From a bacterium (GTDB lineage: Bacteria; UBA8248), in contig OZ241326.1 of assembly GCA_965199855.1 (NCBI GenBank), positions 544,001 through 608,000 on the forward strand: a stretch of DNA of 64,000 nucleotides, given 5' to 3'. Under the pieces are notes generated by a model. It did not search any database and was not told the DNA's origin. It saw only the letters and a program-made list of their open reading frames with translations. The stretch's first letter is position 1. Each line of letters opens with the position of its first letter. Shown here piece after piece: positions 20,068 to 30,337 of the stretch. A program made the position numbers and the translations under genes.

Positions 20068-20550
20068 ATGGGCTTGAGAAACATCGTCGGCGCGGCGGCG
20101 ATTCTGGGCTTCACGCTCTTCTACGGCGGCCTCGCCACTCTGCTCCCGAAGCGCTCCGCCACCGACGCGCCGGGGCCTCATTTCTTTCCCTATCTCATCA
20201 CGCTCTCGATAGTCGTTCTCTCCGTCATGCTTCTGCTTCAGGGGGCGCGGGGGATGAGAGACTCCTCCGGCCTCGTCGATCTGGCTCCCCGGAGACCCTC
20301 CTCGAACCCGGACTACAGCCTCGGGCGCGCGGCGGCCGGCCTCGCGCTGACGGGCTGCTACTTCTTCGCCCTGCCCGCGTTCGGGTTCTTCTGGACCACG
20401 CCCGTCTTCTTCGCCGCGCTCATGCGGGTGACGGGCGAGCGCCGCCCCCGGGTTCTTCTGGGGCTGGCGACAGCCGTTCCCCTGTTCCTGTTCTTCCTGT
20501 TCCGCGACCTGTTTCAGCTTCCCCTTCCGAGGGGGAGCTTTCTGGGATGA
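20068..20550 (+). CDS. tctB: TTT small membrane subunit
   Basis: Four TM segments, GPHFFP, C-terminal LPLPRG. Confidence 0.82.
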   Translation: MGLRNIVGAAAILGFTLFYGGLATLLPKRSATDAPGPHFFPYLITLSIVVLSVMLLLQGARGMRDSSGLVDLAPRRPSSNPDYSLGRAAAGLALTGCYFFALPAFGFFWTTPVFFAALMRVTGERRPRVLLGLATAVPLFLFFLFRDLFQLPLPRGSFLG

Positions 20551-20557
20551 CGCGAGC

Positions 20558-22075
20558 ATGAACGGCGACCTGCTTCAGGGGTTCTACCTCGCCCTCGCGC
20601 CGACGAGCATCCTCGCCACGGCGCTGGGCGCCCTGCACGGCCTCATCTGCGGGATGATGCCGGGGCTGACGACGAGCGCAGGCATCATCATCCTCTTTCC
20701 GGTCACCTTCATTCTGGAGCCGACCACCGCGGTGGCGCTCCTGCTCGGCGTCTTCGCCGGCGGAATGACGGGGGGCAGCTTCGCCGCCATCCTCATCAAC
20801 ATCCCCGGCTCGCCCTCGGCCTCGGCCACCACGGTGGACGGCTACCCCCTCACCCGGAAGGGCGAGGCCGGCCGGGCGCTGGGCGTTTCCATCGTCTCGG
20901 GCTTCACCGGCGGCCTCTTCAGCTTCTTCTGCCTGCTGCTGATCGCCCCCCAGCTCACGAAGGTTGCGCTTCAGTTCCAGGCGGCCGACCTGTTCGGGCT
21001 GGTGTTCTTCGGCATGTCCGTCATCTCGGCCTTCGCGGCGAAGTCGCTCGTCAAGGGGCTGCTGTCCACCTTTCTCGGCCTCATGATCGTCACGGTGGGG
21101 ATGGACCCCCTCGTCGGGACGGCGCGCTTCACCTTCGGCGACGCGAACATGCTCGCGGGAATCCACTTCATCCCCGCGCTCGTGGGCCTCTTCGCGGTTC
21201 CGGAGATCGTGGCGAACCTCGCGGAGGGAAACATCCGCTCGGCCGCCTCGCGGTTCGGCCGCGTGCTTCCGAGCTGGGAGGACGTCAAGAAAATCCGTCT
21301 TCCGGTGGCCATCGGCTCCATCGTGGGCACGTTCGTCGGCATCCTGCCGGGGGCGGGCGGGCCTATAGCGGTTTTCGTGAGCTACGACTACGCCCAGAAG
21401 GTCAGCAGGGAGCCCGAGAAGTTCGGCAAGGGCTGCGTGGAGGGGGTGGCCGCTCCCGAGTCGGCGAACAGCTCCATCGCCGGCGGGGCGCTCATCCCCA
21501 TGATGACGCTGGGGATTCCGGGCGATCCGATAACCGCCATCCTCATCGGCGCCCTGCTGGTGCACGGCATGGCGCCGGGGCCGCTGCTTTTCGTGGAGCA
21601 GGGGCCTTTCGCGTTTTCGGTTCTCTTTTCGTATTTCATCGCCATTTGCAGCACGGCGCTCGTCGCGCTCCTGGGGCTGCGGGCCATCGTGAAGATGCTT
21701 TCCATCCCCCGCTCGCTCCTTTTGCCGATCATCGTCGCCCTGTGCGTTCTGGGGACGTATGCGCTGCGAAACTCCTTCTTCGACATCTACGTCATGTTCT
21801 TCTTCGGTCTCGTGGCGCTCTCCTTCAAATGGCTCGACGTTCCCGTCGTGCCGCTCCTGCTCGCCCTCGTGCTGGGGCGGCAGCTCGAGGAGCACCTGCG
21901 GGTCGCCCTCGCCGCCTCGAAGGGCGACGTCTCGATTTTCTTCACCTCCCCCTGGTGTCTGTTCTTCCTCTGCCTGTCGGTGCTCTCCTTCGCCTGGCCG
22001 TTCCTGCTCGAATGGAGGATGAAGAGCCGGGCTTCGGGGAGGAGAGGCTCCGCCTCCGCGCCCTCCTCCGCGTAG
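20558..22075 (+). CDS. tctA: TTT large permease
   Basis: GMMPGL, AILINIPG, DGYP, APESAN, TLGIPG. Confidence 0.92.
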   Translation: MNGDLLQGFYLALAPTSILATALGALHGLICGMMPGLTTSAGIIILFPVTFILEPTTAVALLLGVFAGGMTGGSFAAILINIPGSPSASATTVDGYPLTRKGEAGRALGVSIVSGFTGGLFSFFCLLLIAPQLTKVALQFQAADLFGLVFFGMSVISAFAAKSLVKGLLSTFLGLMIVTVGMDPLVGTARFTFGDANMLAGIHFIPALVGLFAVPEIVANLAEGNIRSAASRFGRVLPSWEDVKKIRLPVAIGSIVGTFVGILPGAGGPIAVFVSYDYAQKVSREPEKFGKGCVEGVAAPESANSSIAGGALIPMMTLGIPGDPITAILIGALLVHGMAPGPLLFVEQGPFAFSVLFSYFIAICSTALVALLGLRAIVKMLSIPRSLLLPIIVALCVLGTYALRNSFFDIYVMFFFGLVALSFKWLDVPVVPLLLALVLGRQLEEHLRVALAASKGDVSIFFTSPWCLFFLCLSVLSFAWPFLLEWRMKSRASGRRGSASAPSSA

Positions 22076-22287
22076 AGGGCCCGAACGACGCCGCCCCCGT
22101 TGCCTGACGGGGCGGAGGCGAGCATGAACTTTCGGCGAAAAGGCGCCGCTTGACCCCAGGCCGAGGCTCGTCTAGCCTGCCTTTGCGGCAAAATCGGTTT
22201 TCCGTCAAAGGTCGGTCTCTCGGACGCCGCGCGATCGGATTCCGGCCGGTCGGGTTCGCGCGCTTCCATTTCGAGGGAGGTTGGCTC

Positions 22288-23508
22288 ATGGCAGGCTTCG
22301 GAAAAAGAGCGTTCGCCGCCGGAGCGGCGATTCTGGCGTTTGGCGTCTTCGGCGCGTCCGCCTCGCTTGCGGCGAAAACCGTCAGAATCGGCGTCCTCTC
22401 CCCGCTGACGGGGCTTTATTCCATCGTGGGGAAAAGGACGAGCCAGGGGATCAATCTGGCCGTCAAGGAGATCAACGACGCCGGCGGCGTTTTGGGCCGC
22501 AGGATCGAGGCGCTGATCCGCGACTCGGAGACCAACCCCGCCAGCTCGGTGCGCACCGCGAGGCGCCTGATTCTGCGCGACGGGGTTTTCGCCCTTCTCG
22601 GCCCCCTGCACGGGGGGGCGGCCATCGCCGTCCTGCAGGAATCGAAAAAGCTCAAGACGATGAATTTCCCCTGGGCGGCGACCGAGGAGATCAACACGAA
22701 GTTCTGCAGCCGCTACACTTGGCGGGTGGGGAGCAGCGCGCAGCAGACCTCGCGCGCGGGCGCCGTCATCGCGCACCGGCTGGGCTACGGGAACTGGGCG
22801 ACGATATCCTCCGACTTCTCGTATGGCCGCTCCGTCGTCCGGCAGTTCTGGAACTATCTCAAGGAGCGCGACCCGAAGGCGAAGCGTCCCTACGCGGCCT
22901 GGCCGAAGCTGGGGGAGAACGACTACTCCCCCTACATCAACAAGATGCTGAAGGCGAAGCCCCAGGCGATCTACGTAGGCCTCTTCGGCGCCGACCTCAT
23001 CAAGTTCATGAAGCAGGCACGCTCCTTCGGGATGTACGAGAAGGTGAAGATATTCACCGATTTCGGCGGCAACCACGTCGTGCTCAAGGCGCTTGGCGAT
23101 CAGGCGCCCTTCGGCCATTGGGCGAGTTCGCGCTACCTGCACAACTATCCGGCTTCCGCGAACAACAGGCGGTTCGTGGAGAGCTTCCGCAAGGCCTACG
23201 GCGTGTACCCGGACATGACGGCGGGCGAGGCCTACGCCACCGTCCACGTGATCGCGGAAGCGATCCGCCGCGCCGGCGCCGTGGACAAGGAGAAGGCGAT
23301 TGACGCCATGGGCGGCGTCGCCTTCAACGCGCCGGAGGGATGGATCATCATGCGCCCCTCGGATCACCAAGGCTGGCAGTCCAGCTTCTGGGGCGTGATT
23401 TCAAAGAGCGGGAAATATCCGTTTCCGGTTCTCTCGAACATCCAGGTGATATCGCCCGTCGAGGGCTCCCACCCGGACGAGAACACGGGCCAGGGCTGCC
23501 GGAAATAG
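22288..23508 (+). CDS. ABC transporter substrate-binding protein, LivK-like family
   Basis: Signal peptide, RIGVLSPLTG, LAVKEINDAGGVLGR. Confidence 0.88.
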   Translation: MAGFGKRAFAAGAAILAFGVFGASASLAAKTVRIGVLSPLTGLYSIVGKRTSQGINLAVKEINDAGGVLGRRIEALIRDSETNPASSVRTARRLILRDGVFALLGPLHGGAAIAVLQESKKLKTMNFPWAATEEINTKFCSRYTWRVGSSAQQTSRAGAVIAHRLGYGNWATISSDFSYGRSVVRQFWNYLKERDPKAKRPYAAWPKLGENDYSPYINKMLKAKPQAIYVGLFGADLIKFMKQARSFGMYEKVKIFTDFGGNHVVLKALGDQAPFGHWASSRYLHNYPASANNRRFVESFRKAYGVYPDMTAGEAYATVHVIAEAIRRAGAVDKEKAIDAMGGVAFNAPEGWIIMRPSDHQGWQSSFWGVISKSGKYPFPVLSNIQVISPVEGSHPDENTGQGCRK

Positions 23509-23584
23509 TCATCGCGCGCGAAGCCCGCGGCGCCCCGGGGAGTTTCCGGGGCGCCGCCTCATCTTTCTCTGGAGGCCTGGGCGC

Positions 23585-24466
23585 ATGGCGCTGGAGGTCG
23601 GCTTCTGGCTGACCCAGCTTCTGAACGGGTTGGCCAACGCGATGGTTCTGTTCCTGATCGCCTCGGGCCTGACCATCCTCCTCGGCGTGCTGGGCGTCCT
23701 GAATCTGGCCCACGGCTCGTTCTACATGCTGGGCGCTTTTCTCATCTTCTCGAGTTCCGCCATCAAGAATCCGGGCTGGTTCTGGGTGGGTCTGCTCCTG
23801 GCGCCCCTCGTGGTTGCGGGGTTCGGAACCATCATCGAGGCGTTCTGCCTGCGCCCTTTGTATCGCCGGGAAAGACTCTACACCCTGCTCCTGACGTATG
23901 GCTTCACGCTCATCCTGGATGATCTGGTCCTGCTGATCTGGGGCCGGGACTACAAGTCCGTTCCCATTCCCTCGCTGTTCGAGGGGCGCATCTTCGTCGG
24001 CGACTTCAGCTATCCCGTCTATTTTCTCTTCATCATCGCGGTCGGCCCGCTGCTGGGCGTTTTCCTCTGGCTCATCCTGCATCGAACGGATTTCGGAAAG
24101 CTCATCCGCGCCGCCGCCACGGACAGCGAGATGCTCGACGCCCTGGGGGTGCGCGTGAACCGGGTCTTCACCGGCGTCTTCGCCCTGGGCGCATGGCTCG
24201 CGAGCCTGGGCGGAATCCTGGCCGCGCCCATGCGGAGCGTCGAGCCCGGCATGGGGGTGGAGATCATCATTGAATCATTCATCGTCGTCATCGTCGGCGG
24301 GATGGGCAGCTATCTCGGCGCGTTCGTCGGCGCCGTGCTCATCGGGATGCTCAAGGCGTTCGGCATCGAAATCCTCCATAATTTTTCGATGATTTTCATC
24401 TACGCCCTCGTGCTGCCGATTCTGATTCTGAGGCCGCGAGGGCTGTTCGGCGAGACGACGATATAG
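23585..24466 (+). CDS. Branched-chain-type ABC permease (LivH-like)
   Basis: GLTILLGVLGVLNLAHG, FGKLIRA, VIVGGMGS. Confidence 0.9.
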   Translation: MALEVGFWLTQLLNGLANAMVLFLIASGLTILLGVLGVLNLAHGSFYMLGAFLIFSSSAIKNPGWFWVGLLLAPLVVAGFGTIIEAFCLRPLYRRERLYTLLLTYGFTLILDDLVLLIWGRDYKSVPIPSLFEGRIFVGDFSYPVYFLFIIAVGPLLGVFLWLILHRTDFGKLIRAAATDSEMLDALGVRVNRVFTGVFALGAWLASLGGILAAPMRSVEPGMGVEIIIESFIVVIVGGMGSYLGAFVGAVLIGMLKAFGIEILHNFSMIFIYALVLPILILRPRGLFGETTI

Positions 24467-24487
24467 GGGCGGGCCCCGGGGGAGTTC

Positions 24488-25516
24488 ATGGAAGGCTTGT
24501 CGGGCAGGAAAAATTTTTCGGGCCGCCTCGCGCGGCTTCTCTCCGCCCGCTCGGGCGTCGCCGCCCTGCTTGCGCTCGCCGCGCTCGCTCCCTTTCTGGT
24601 TCGGGGCGACTACTACGTCCAGCTTTGCACGGAAATCCTGATAGCGAGCCTGCTCGCGATCAGCCTGAATTTCCTGATCGGGTTCACCGGCCTCGTCTCC
24701 CTGGGGCACGCGGTCTATCTGGGCGTAGGCGCCTACGCCTTCGCGCTGACGACGAAGAACGCTTATCCCTCGATGTGGGTCGGATTGGCGGCGGCGGGCG
24801 CGTCCTGCGCGCTTCTCGCCTGGTTCATGGGCGTTTTTTGCGTGCGCCTGGCGGGGCTGTATTTCGCCATGCTGACGCTCGCCTTCTCCCAGGTGGTCTA
24901 TACCGTCGCCTACTACTGGCGCGGCGTTACCGGCGGGGACGACGGAATGCTCGGCATTCCGAAGCCGGAGATAGGCGTTCCGGGAATGTTCAGCGTCTCC
25001 CTGGAGCCGTTCGTGAATTTTTACTACTTCGTTCTGGTCATCGTGGGAGCGCTCGTCTTCGTCGCATGGCGGATCGCCCGTTCGCCTTTCGGGAGGGTTC
25101 TGGAGGCGATTCGGGAAAATCCCGAGCGCGTGGAGTTCATCGGTCTGCCCACGCGCAGATACAAGCTGATCGCCTTCGTGGTCGCCGGCGCCCTCGGCGG
25201 CTTCGCTGGAGGTCTTTACGCGGCTTTTCAAGGCTATATTTCGCCCGATTTGCTCTATTGGACCCAATCGGGCGAGATCGTTTTGATGACGATCCTGGGC
25301 GGCATGTATTCTTTTCTGGGGCCCGCCTTCGGCGCGGGGATGCTCCTGTTCATTCGGGATACGGTGCTGAATTTCATGGAATACTGGAGAATCGTCGTCG
25401 GCGGCGTTCTGGTGCTCCTGGTTCTGTTCCTGCCCGGCGGCGTTCTGGGGTTCTTCGAGGGCTGGGTGTCCGGCTCATCGACAGGCGGAAATCATGGCGA
25501 CGGCGCCCGTTCTTGA
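24488..25516 (+). CDS. Branched-chain-type ABC permease (LivM-like)
   Basis: GFTGLVSLGHA, YFAMLTLAF, SPFGRVLEAIREN. Confidence 0.9.
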   Translation: MEGLSGRKNFSGRLARLLSARSGVAALLALAALAPFLVRGDYYVQLCTEILIASLLAISLNFLIGFTGLVSLGHAVYLGVGAYAFALTTKNAYPSMWVGLAAAGASCALLAWFMGVFCVRLAGLYFAMLTLAFSQVVYTVAYYWRGVTGGDDGMLGIPKPEIGVPGMFSVSLEPFVNFYYFVLVIVGALVFVAWRIARSPFGRVLEAIRENPERVEFIGLPTRRYKLIAFVVAGALGGFAGGLYAAFQGYISPDLLYWTQSGEIVLMTILGGMYSFLGPAFGAGMLLFIRDTVLNFMEYWRIVVGGVLVLLVLFLPGGVLGFFEGWVSGSSTGGNHGDGARS

Positions 25517-26246
25517 AACCCGGAACCTCAGCAAGGCGTTCGGCTCGCTTCGGGCGGTGAGCGAGGTGAACTTTCAGGTTCCGGAGGGGGAGCTGCGCGC
25601 CGTCATCGGGCCCAACGGGGCGGGAAAAACCACTTTTTTCAACCTGATTTCGGGAAAGCTCGAACCGACGGGCGGCGGCGTCTATTTCGAGGGAGAGGAC
25701 ATCACAGGCTTCCCCCCTCACGCCGTGGTGAAAAAAGGGGTGGGCCGCTCTTTTCAGATTACAAACGTATTTCCGCGCCTCTCGGTGCTGGACAACGTTC
25801 GCCTCGCCGTTTTAGCGAAGCGAGGCAAGGCGATGGATATGCTCTCTCCCATCGAGAGGCGAGTCGAAGAGCGGGAAGAGGCTCTCGCCATCCTGGGCGA
25901 GGTGGAGCTCGAGCGGAAGGCGGAGCGCCCGACCACGGAGCTGGGCCACGGGGAAAGGAGAAACCTGGAGCTCGGAATCACGCTGGCCCTCGAACCCCGG
26001 CTGATTCTGCTGGACGAACCGACGGCCGGCATGTCGATCGAGGAGACGGCGAGCACCATCGAACTCGTGAGAAAAATATCCCGTGACAAAACGGTCGTCT
26101 TCACCGAGCACGACATGAGCGTGGTGTTCTCGATAGCCGATCGCATATCCGTCCTGCATCAGGGGAGCGTCATCGCCGAAGGGGCGCCCGATGAGGTTCG
26201 CGGCGACGCCGCCGTTCGCCTCGCCTATCTGGGGGAGGAGGCTTGA
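25494..26246 (+). CDS. ABC ATP-binding protein (LivG-like)
   Basis: GPNGAGKTT, LLDEPTAG, EHDM, AYLG. Confidence 0.92.
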   Translation: MATAPVLETRNLSKAFGSLRAVSEVNFQVPEGELRAVIGPNGAGKTTFFNLISGKLEPTGGGVYFEGEDITGFPPHAVVKKGVGRSFQITNVFPRLSVLDNVRLAVLAKRGKAMDMLSPIERRVEEREEALAILGEVELERKAERPTTELGHGERRNLELGITLALEPRLILLDEPTAGMSIEETASTIELVRKISRDKTVVFTEHDMSVVFSIADRISVLHQGSVIAEGAPDEVRGDAAVRLAYLGEEA

Positions 26247-26944
26247 TTCTCGCGCTTGAGAAGGTGAACACGTTCTACGGGCACAGCCACATCCTGTTCG
26301 ACGTGGATTTGTCCGTCGCCGAGGGGGAGGTGGTGAGCCTTCTCGGCAGAAACGGCGCGGGAAAAACCACCGCGCTCCGCTCCATCATGGGGCTGACGCC
26401 CCCGCGCGCGGGCCGGGTGCGCTGGCTGGGCGAAGAGGTGCAGGGCCGCAAGCCCCATGAGATTTCAAGGAAAGGGGTGGGCTTCGTCCCCGAGGACAGA
26501 AGAATCTTCTCCCGGCTGAGCGTGGAGGAGAACCTGGAGACGGGGGCGTTCAAGCTGGAGCGGCCCGGCGGCTGGACGCTCGAGCGCGTCTATGGTCTTT
26601 TCCCCAGGCTCGGGCAGCTGAAGTCCCGCAAGGGGAGCGAACTGAGCGGCGGCGAACAGCAGATGCTGGCCATCGCCCGGGCGTTGATGGGAGCGCCGAA
26701 GCTCGTTCTGCTCGATGAACCCTCCGAGGGGCTGGCGCCGGCCATCGTGAAGGACGTGGGCGAGATGATCGGGATGTTCAGGGATGAGGGAATCGCCGTC
26801 CTTCTGGTGGAGCAGAACGCCCGCTTCGCCTGCCGGCTCTCGGATCGCGTCTATGTCATCGACAAGGGCAGGATCCGCTTCGAGGGCGCGGTCGCGCAGC
26901 TCGAGGCGGAGGAAGAGTTGAAATCGCGCTACCTGGCGGTTTAA
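26243..26944 (+). CDS. ABC ATP-binding protein (LivF-like)
   Basis: GRNGAGKTT, LSGGEQQM, LLDEPSEGLAP. Confidence 0.92.
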   Translation: MILALEKVNTFYGHSHILFDVDLSVAEGEVVSLLGRNGAGKTTALRSIMGLTPPRAGRVRWLGEEVQGRKPHEISRKGVGFVPEDRRIFSRLSVEENLETGAFKLERPGGWTLERVYGLFPRLGQLKSRKGSELSGGEQQMLAIARALMGAPKLVLLDEPSEGLAPAIVKDVGEMIGMFRDEGIAVLLVEQNARFACRLSDRVYVIDKGRIRFEGAVAQLEAEEELKSRYLAV

Positions 26945-26982
26945 TCTTCATTTTCCGCAGGTGGAAGCGAGGAGGATTCGGG

Positions 26983-27990
26983 ATGAACGCCCGCGTCGAA
27001 TTCGGCTTGATCATGGCCCTGACCATCCGGGGGCTGGCCGTCGGAAACTTCGGGGACATGAAGGCGGTGGCGCGGGAAGCCGAGAGGCTGGGCTTTGATT
27101 CGGTATGGCTGTGCGACCATTTCCTCACGCTCGCCCCGGACTCCTACGCGAAGGACGCCGGCTTCGACGCGGCGGGGGCGTCGGAGGGCGCCGGCGCCGG
27201 CTCCATCCCCCTGCTCGAGACCTGGACGGCGCTCAGCGCCCTCTCGCAGGTGACGAAGAAGCTTCGCCTGGGAACCAGCGTTCTGAGCAACTCCTACCGC
27301 ATTCCCTCGGTGCTCGCGAAGATGGGCGCGACGCTGGATCACGTCAGCGGCGGGCGGCTCGACCTGGGTCTCGGCGCGGGCTGGATGCGGGAGGAGTATG
27401 AGGCCTACGGCATCCCGTTCCCGAGGGCTTCCGTCCGGATCGCCCAGATGGAGGAGGCCGTTCAGCTGATTCGCAGGATGTGGACGGAGCCCAGCCCTTC
27501 GTTCGAGGGCGCGCACTACGCGATAAAGGGCGCGGTGTGCGATCCCCCGCCGGTTCAGAAGCCCTCGCCCCCGATATGGATTGGCGGCGAGGGGAAAAAG
27601 GTTTTGCGGGTCGCGGCGAGATACGCCGACGGCTTCAACGCGCGCTGGTGGCCCCCCGAGCGCTACGTTGAGCGCAGGGAGGAGATCGACGCCCACTGCG
27701 AGGAGGCGGGGCGCGACCCCGGAGGGCTCAGACGCTCCCTGATGTGCCTCCTTCTGCCGGGACATGACCGTGCGCGCGTCGAGGCGCAAAGAAAGCGGTT
27801 TGCCGCCATTCCGGAAACGGGTATAATCTCGGGAACGCCCAGGGAATGCGCGGACCGGATGATGGAATACGTGGAGGCGGGCGCGCGCCATTTTCTCTAT
27901 ACGATTCCCGACGTCGCCGAAATGGACGCGCTTCGCCTCGCGGGAGAGGAGATTCTGCCCCTCGTCAGGAGCATGGCGAACGGGGGGTGA
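26983..27990 (+). CDS. LLM-class oxidoreductase, probably F420-dependent subgroup
   Basis: GFDSVWLCDHF, LETWTALSAL, LDHVSGGRLDLGLGAGW, PIWIGGEG. Confidence 0.82.
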   Translation: MNARVEFGLIMALTIRGLAVGNFGDMKAVAREAERLGFDSVWLCDHFLTLAPDSYAKDAGFDAAGASEGAGAGSIPLLETWTALSALSQVTKKLRLGTSVLSNSYRIPSVLAKMGATLDHVSGGRLDLGLGAGWMREEYEAYGIPFPRASVRIAQMEEAVQLIRRMWTEPSPSFEGAHYAIKGAVCDPPPVQKPSPPIWIGGEGKKVLRVAARYADGFNARWWPPERYVERREEIDAHCEEAGRDPGGLRRSLMCLLLPGHDRARVEAQRKRFAAIPETGIISGTPRECADRMMEYVEAGARHFLYTIPDVAEMDALRLAGEEILPLVRSMANGG

Positions 27991-28022
27991 CGCCGTCCTT
28001 CTCGGAGCGGGGAGATTTTTCG

Positions 28023-28745
28023 ATGAATGAAGATCAGGGTTTCGCCGACTACCTCAAGCCCACGGAGTTCATTGATTCGGACGATCCCGCCATCGCCTCG
28101 AAGGCGCGGGAACTCACCGGGGACTGCGCGGACGACAAGGAGAAGCTCGGCAGAATCTATTATTTCGTCCGCGATTTCCCCTACGACATTCTCGATTCGT
28201 TCCGCTATCTCGCCGAGGGAAAGAGGCAGGCGAGCGACGTGCTGAAAAACGGCAAGGCGTTCTGCATGGGCAAGGCCAGCATGTTCGCCGCCCTCTGCCG
28301 CGCCTCGGGCATTCCCTCCCGCATCGGCTTCCAGCAGCTTCATTGTCCGGACAAGCCTTTCATGAACGAGGAGGTCGCCAAAATCTGGGGGGATCGCAAG
28401 CTGCCGTGGCACTCGCTCGGAGAGGCGTATCTCAACGGCAGGTGGCTCAGGCTCGACGCCACGATCGACAGGGAGTTCGCCGCGCGGAAGGGGCGGGAAT
28501 ACGCCCGCGAGTTCGACGGAGAGAACGACATTCCTTCCGTGGAAGGCCCGCTCATCAAGGACCTCCCCAGCCATCAGGACTACCCGAAGGACGTGGCCGA
28601 CTGGTATGAGCAGGTCGCCAGGGACGTCGTCGCCTCCGTGGATGACGACGTTGCGCATCGGGATGTTCTCAGCGATCAGGAATGGTCCGGCCCCGACGCG
28701 GAGAAGATGAAGGGCCGGGCCGCTTCCCACGGACGCCCGGGATAA
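28023..28745 (+). CDS. Transglutaminase-like domain protein
   Basis: YLKPTEFIDSDDP, FCMGKA (Cys), WHSLGEAYLNGRWLRLDAT (His, Asp). Confidence 0.85.
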   Translation: MNEDQGFADYLKPTEFIDSDDPAIASKARELTGDCADDKEKLGRIYYFVRDFPYDILDSFRYLAEGKRQASDVLKNGKAFCMGKASMFAALCRASGIPSRIGFQQLHCPDKPFMNEEVAKIWGDRKLPWHSLGEAYLNGRWLRLDATIDREFAARKGREYAREFDGENDIPSVEGPLIKDLPSHQDYPKDVADWYEQVARDVVASVDDDVAHRDVLSDQEWSGPDAEKMKGRAASHGRPG

Positions 28746-28774
28746 TCAAGCCGCGCGGTGAAAGGAATTCGCTG

Positions 28775-30283
28775 ATGTCAGGAAGCGTCGTGAGCATTGC
28801 GCAGTTTCCGCTCACCCAGGAGGCGGAGCAGCAGCATATCGACGGACGCTGGCTCAAGGGCGAGCGCGGCGAGCCGATGGACGTCCTGAATCCCTCGAAC
28901 AACGAAGCGATTTTCCGGTTGTTTCCGGCGTCGGACGCGCAGGTGGATGAGGCCGTCGCCTCCTCCTGGCGGGCGTTTCGGGATTCGTCCTGGAGAAGGA
29001 TGCCCGCGCTGGAGCGCGGAAAGCTCATCGGCAGACTCGCGGCGCTGATGCGGGAGCGCGCGGAAACCCTCGCGCGGCTCGAGGCGATCAACACGGGAAT
29101 TCCCATTCGGGAGAGCCGCCTGGAGTCCGCCTCCTCCGCGCGCCACTTCGAATATTTCGCCGGGTGGTCTGGAAAGGTCGCGGGCGCGGCCCAGCCTCTC
29201 ATGAACGATCGGCTCGCGTATTCGACGCGGGAGCCTCTGGGCGTCGTGGCCATCATCGTTCCCTGGAACACCCCGCTCAAGCTCATGTCCCGGGGGCTGG
29301 CCGCCGCTCTGGCCTGCGGCAACGCGGTGGTCGTCAAGCCCTCGGCCGTCGCCCTGGCCTCGGTGCTGCATTTCGGGAAGCTGGCGGAGGAGGCCGGCTT
29401 TCCGCCGGGCGTGATCAACATCGTGGCGGGCCCGGGGCGCTCGACGGGCGCGAGGCTCGCCGGTCATCCGGACGTGAGGAAAATCGTGTTCACCGGCGGC
29501 ACGGAGGGCGGTCTGGAGGTTCTCGGACTCGCCGCCTCGAACGTGACCCCCGTGCTGGCGGAGCTGGGCGGCAAGGGCCCCATCATCGTTTGCGAGGACG
29601 CCGATCTGGACGAGGCGGCCGACGGCGTGATGAGCCAGGCGTTCGCCCGCCAGGGCGAGGTCTGCTTCGCCGGAACCCGCCTGTTTCTTCCGAGCGCCGT
29701 CCACGATGAATTTCTCGACAAGATTCTCGAGCGCGTCGGCGGGATGCGCGTCGGCGACGCCATGAGCGAGGAAACCGACATGGGGCCGCTCATTTCCCGG
29801 GGCCACCTCGCCGACGTCGTTGGCTGCGTCGAATCGGCCCTGGAAGACGGCGCGCGCGTCGCCTGCGGGGGCGGCCGCGCGGCGGGCGAAGGGCTTCCGG
29901 ACGGGAATTTCATGCAGCCCACGGTTCTCGCGGGCGTGGACCAGAGCATGAGGGCGGCGCGCGAGGAGATTTTCGGCCCCGTTCTCACCGTTCACGAATA
30001 CCGGTCTCTCGACGACGCGGTTCGGGACGCCAACGCCACGGAGTTCGGGCTGGCGAGCTACGTCTGGACGAGCGACCTGCGCCGGGCGCATCGCCTCGCC
30101 GCCGAGCTGGATTCCGGCAACGTGTTCATCAACACCTACCGCTATGGCTCCGAAATTCCGTTTGGCGGCGTGAAGAAGAGCGGCATCGGCAGGGAGCACG
30201 GCGAGGAGGCACTCCGGGAGTACACCCAGGTGAAGAGCGTCTGCATCGGTCTTTCGAGATGGCGCTCCTGGAACCGGGACTAG
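28775..30283 (+). CDS. Aldehyde dehydrogenase
   Basis: IVPWN, FTGG, ELGGK, GEVC, EEIFGP, PFGGVK.SG.GRE. Confidence 0.95.
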   Translation: MSGSVVSIAQFPLTQEAEQQHIDGRWLKGERGEPMDVLNPSNNEAIFRLFPASDAQVDEAVASSWRAFRDSSWRRMPALERGKLIGRLAALMRERAETLARLEAINTGIPIRESRLESASSARHFEYFAGWSGKVAGAAQPLMNDRLAYSTREPLGVVAIIVPWNTPLKLMSRGLAAALACGNAVVVKPSAVALASVLHFGKLAEEAGFPPGVINIVAGPGRSTGARLAGHPDVRKIVFTGGTEGGLEVLGLAASNVTPVLAELGGKGPIIVCEDADLDEAADGVMSQAFARQGEVCFAGTRLFLPSAVHDEFLDKILERVGGMRVGDAMSEETDMGPLISRGHLADVVGCVESALEDGARVACGGGRAAGEGLPDGNFMQPTVLAGVDQSMRAAREEIFGPVLTVHEYRSLDDAVRDANATEFGLASYVWTSDLRRAHRLAAELDSGNVFINTYRYGSEIPFGGVKKSGIGREHGEEALREYTQVKSVCIGLSRWRSWNRD

Positions 30284-30337
30284 CCCGGCGCCGCGAATTT
30301 CGGGAAGCTTCTGAAGGCATTTCAGGGAGGAATCGAC

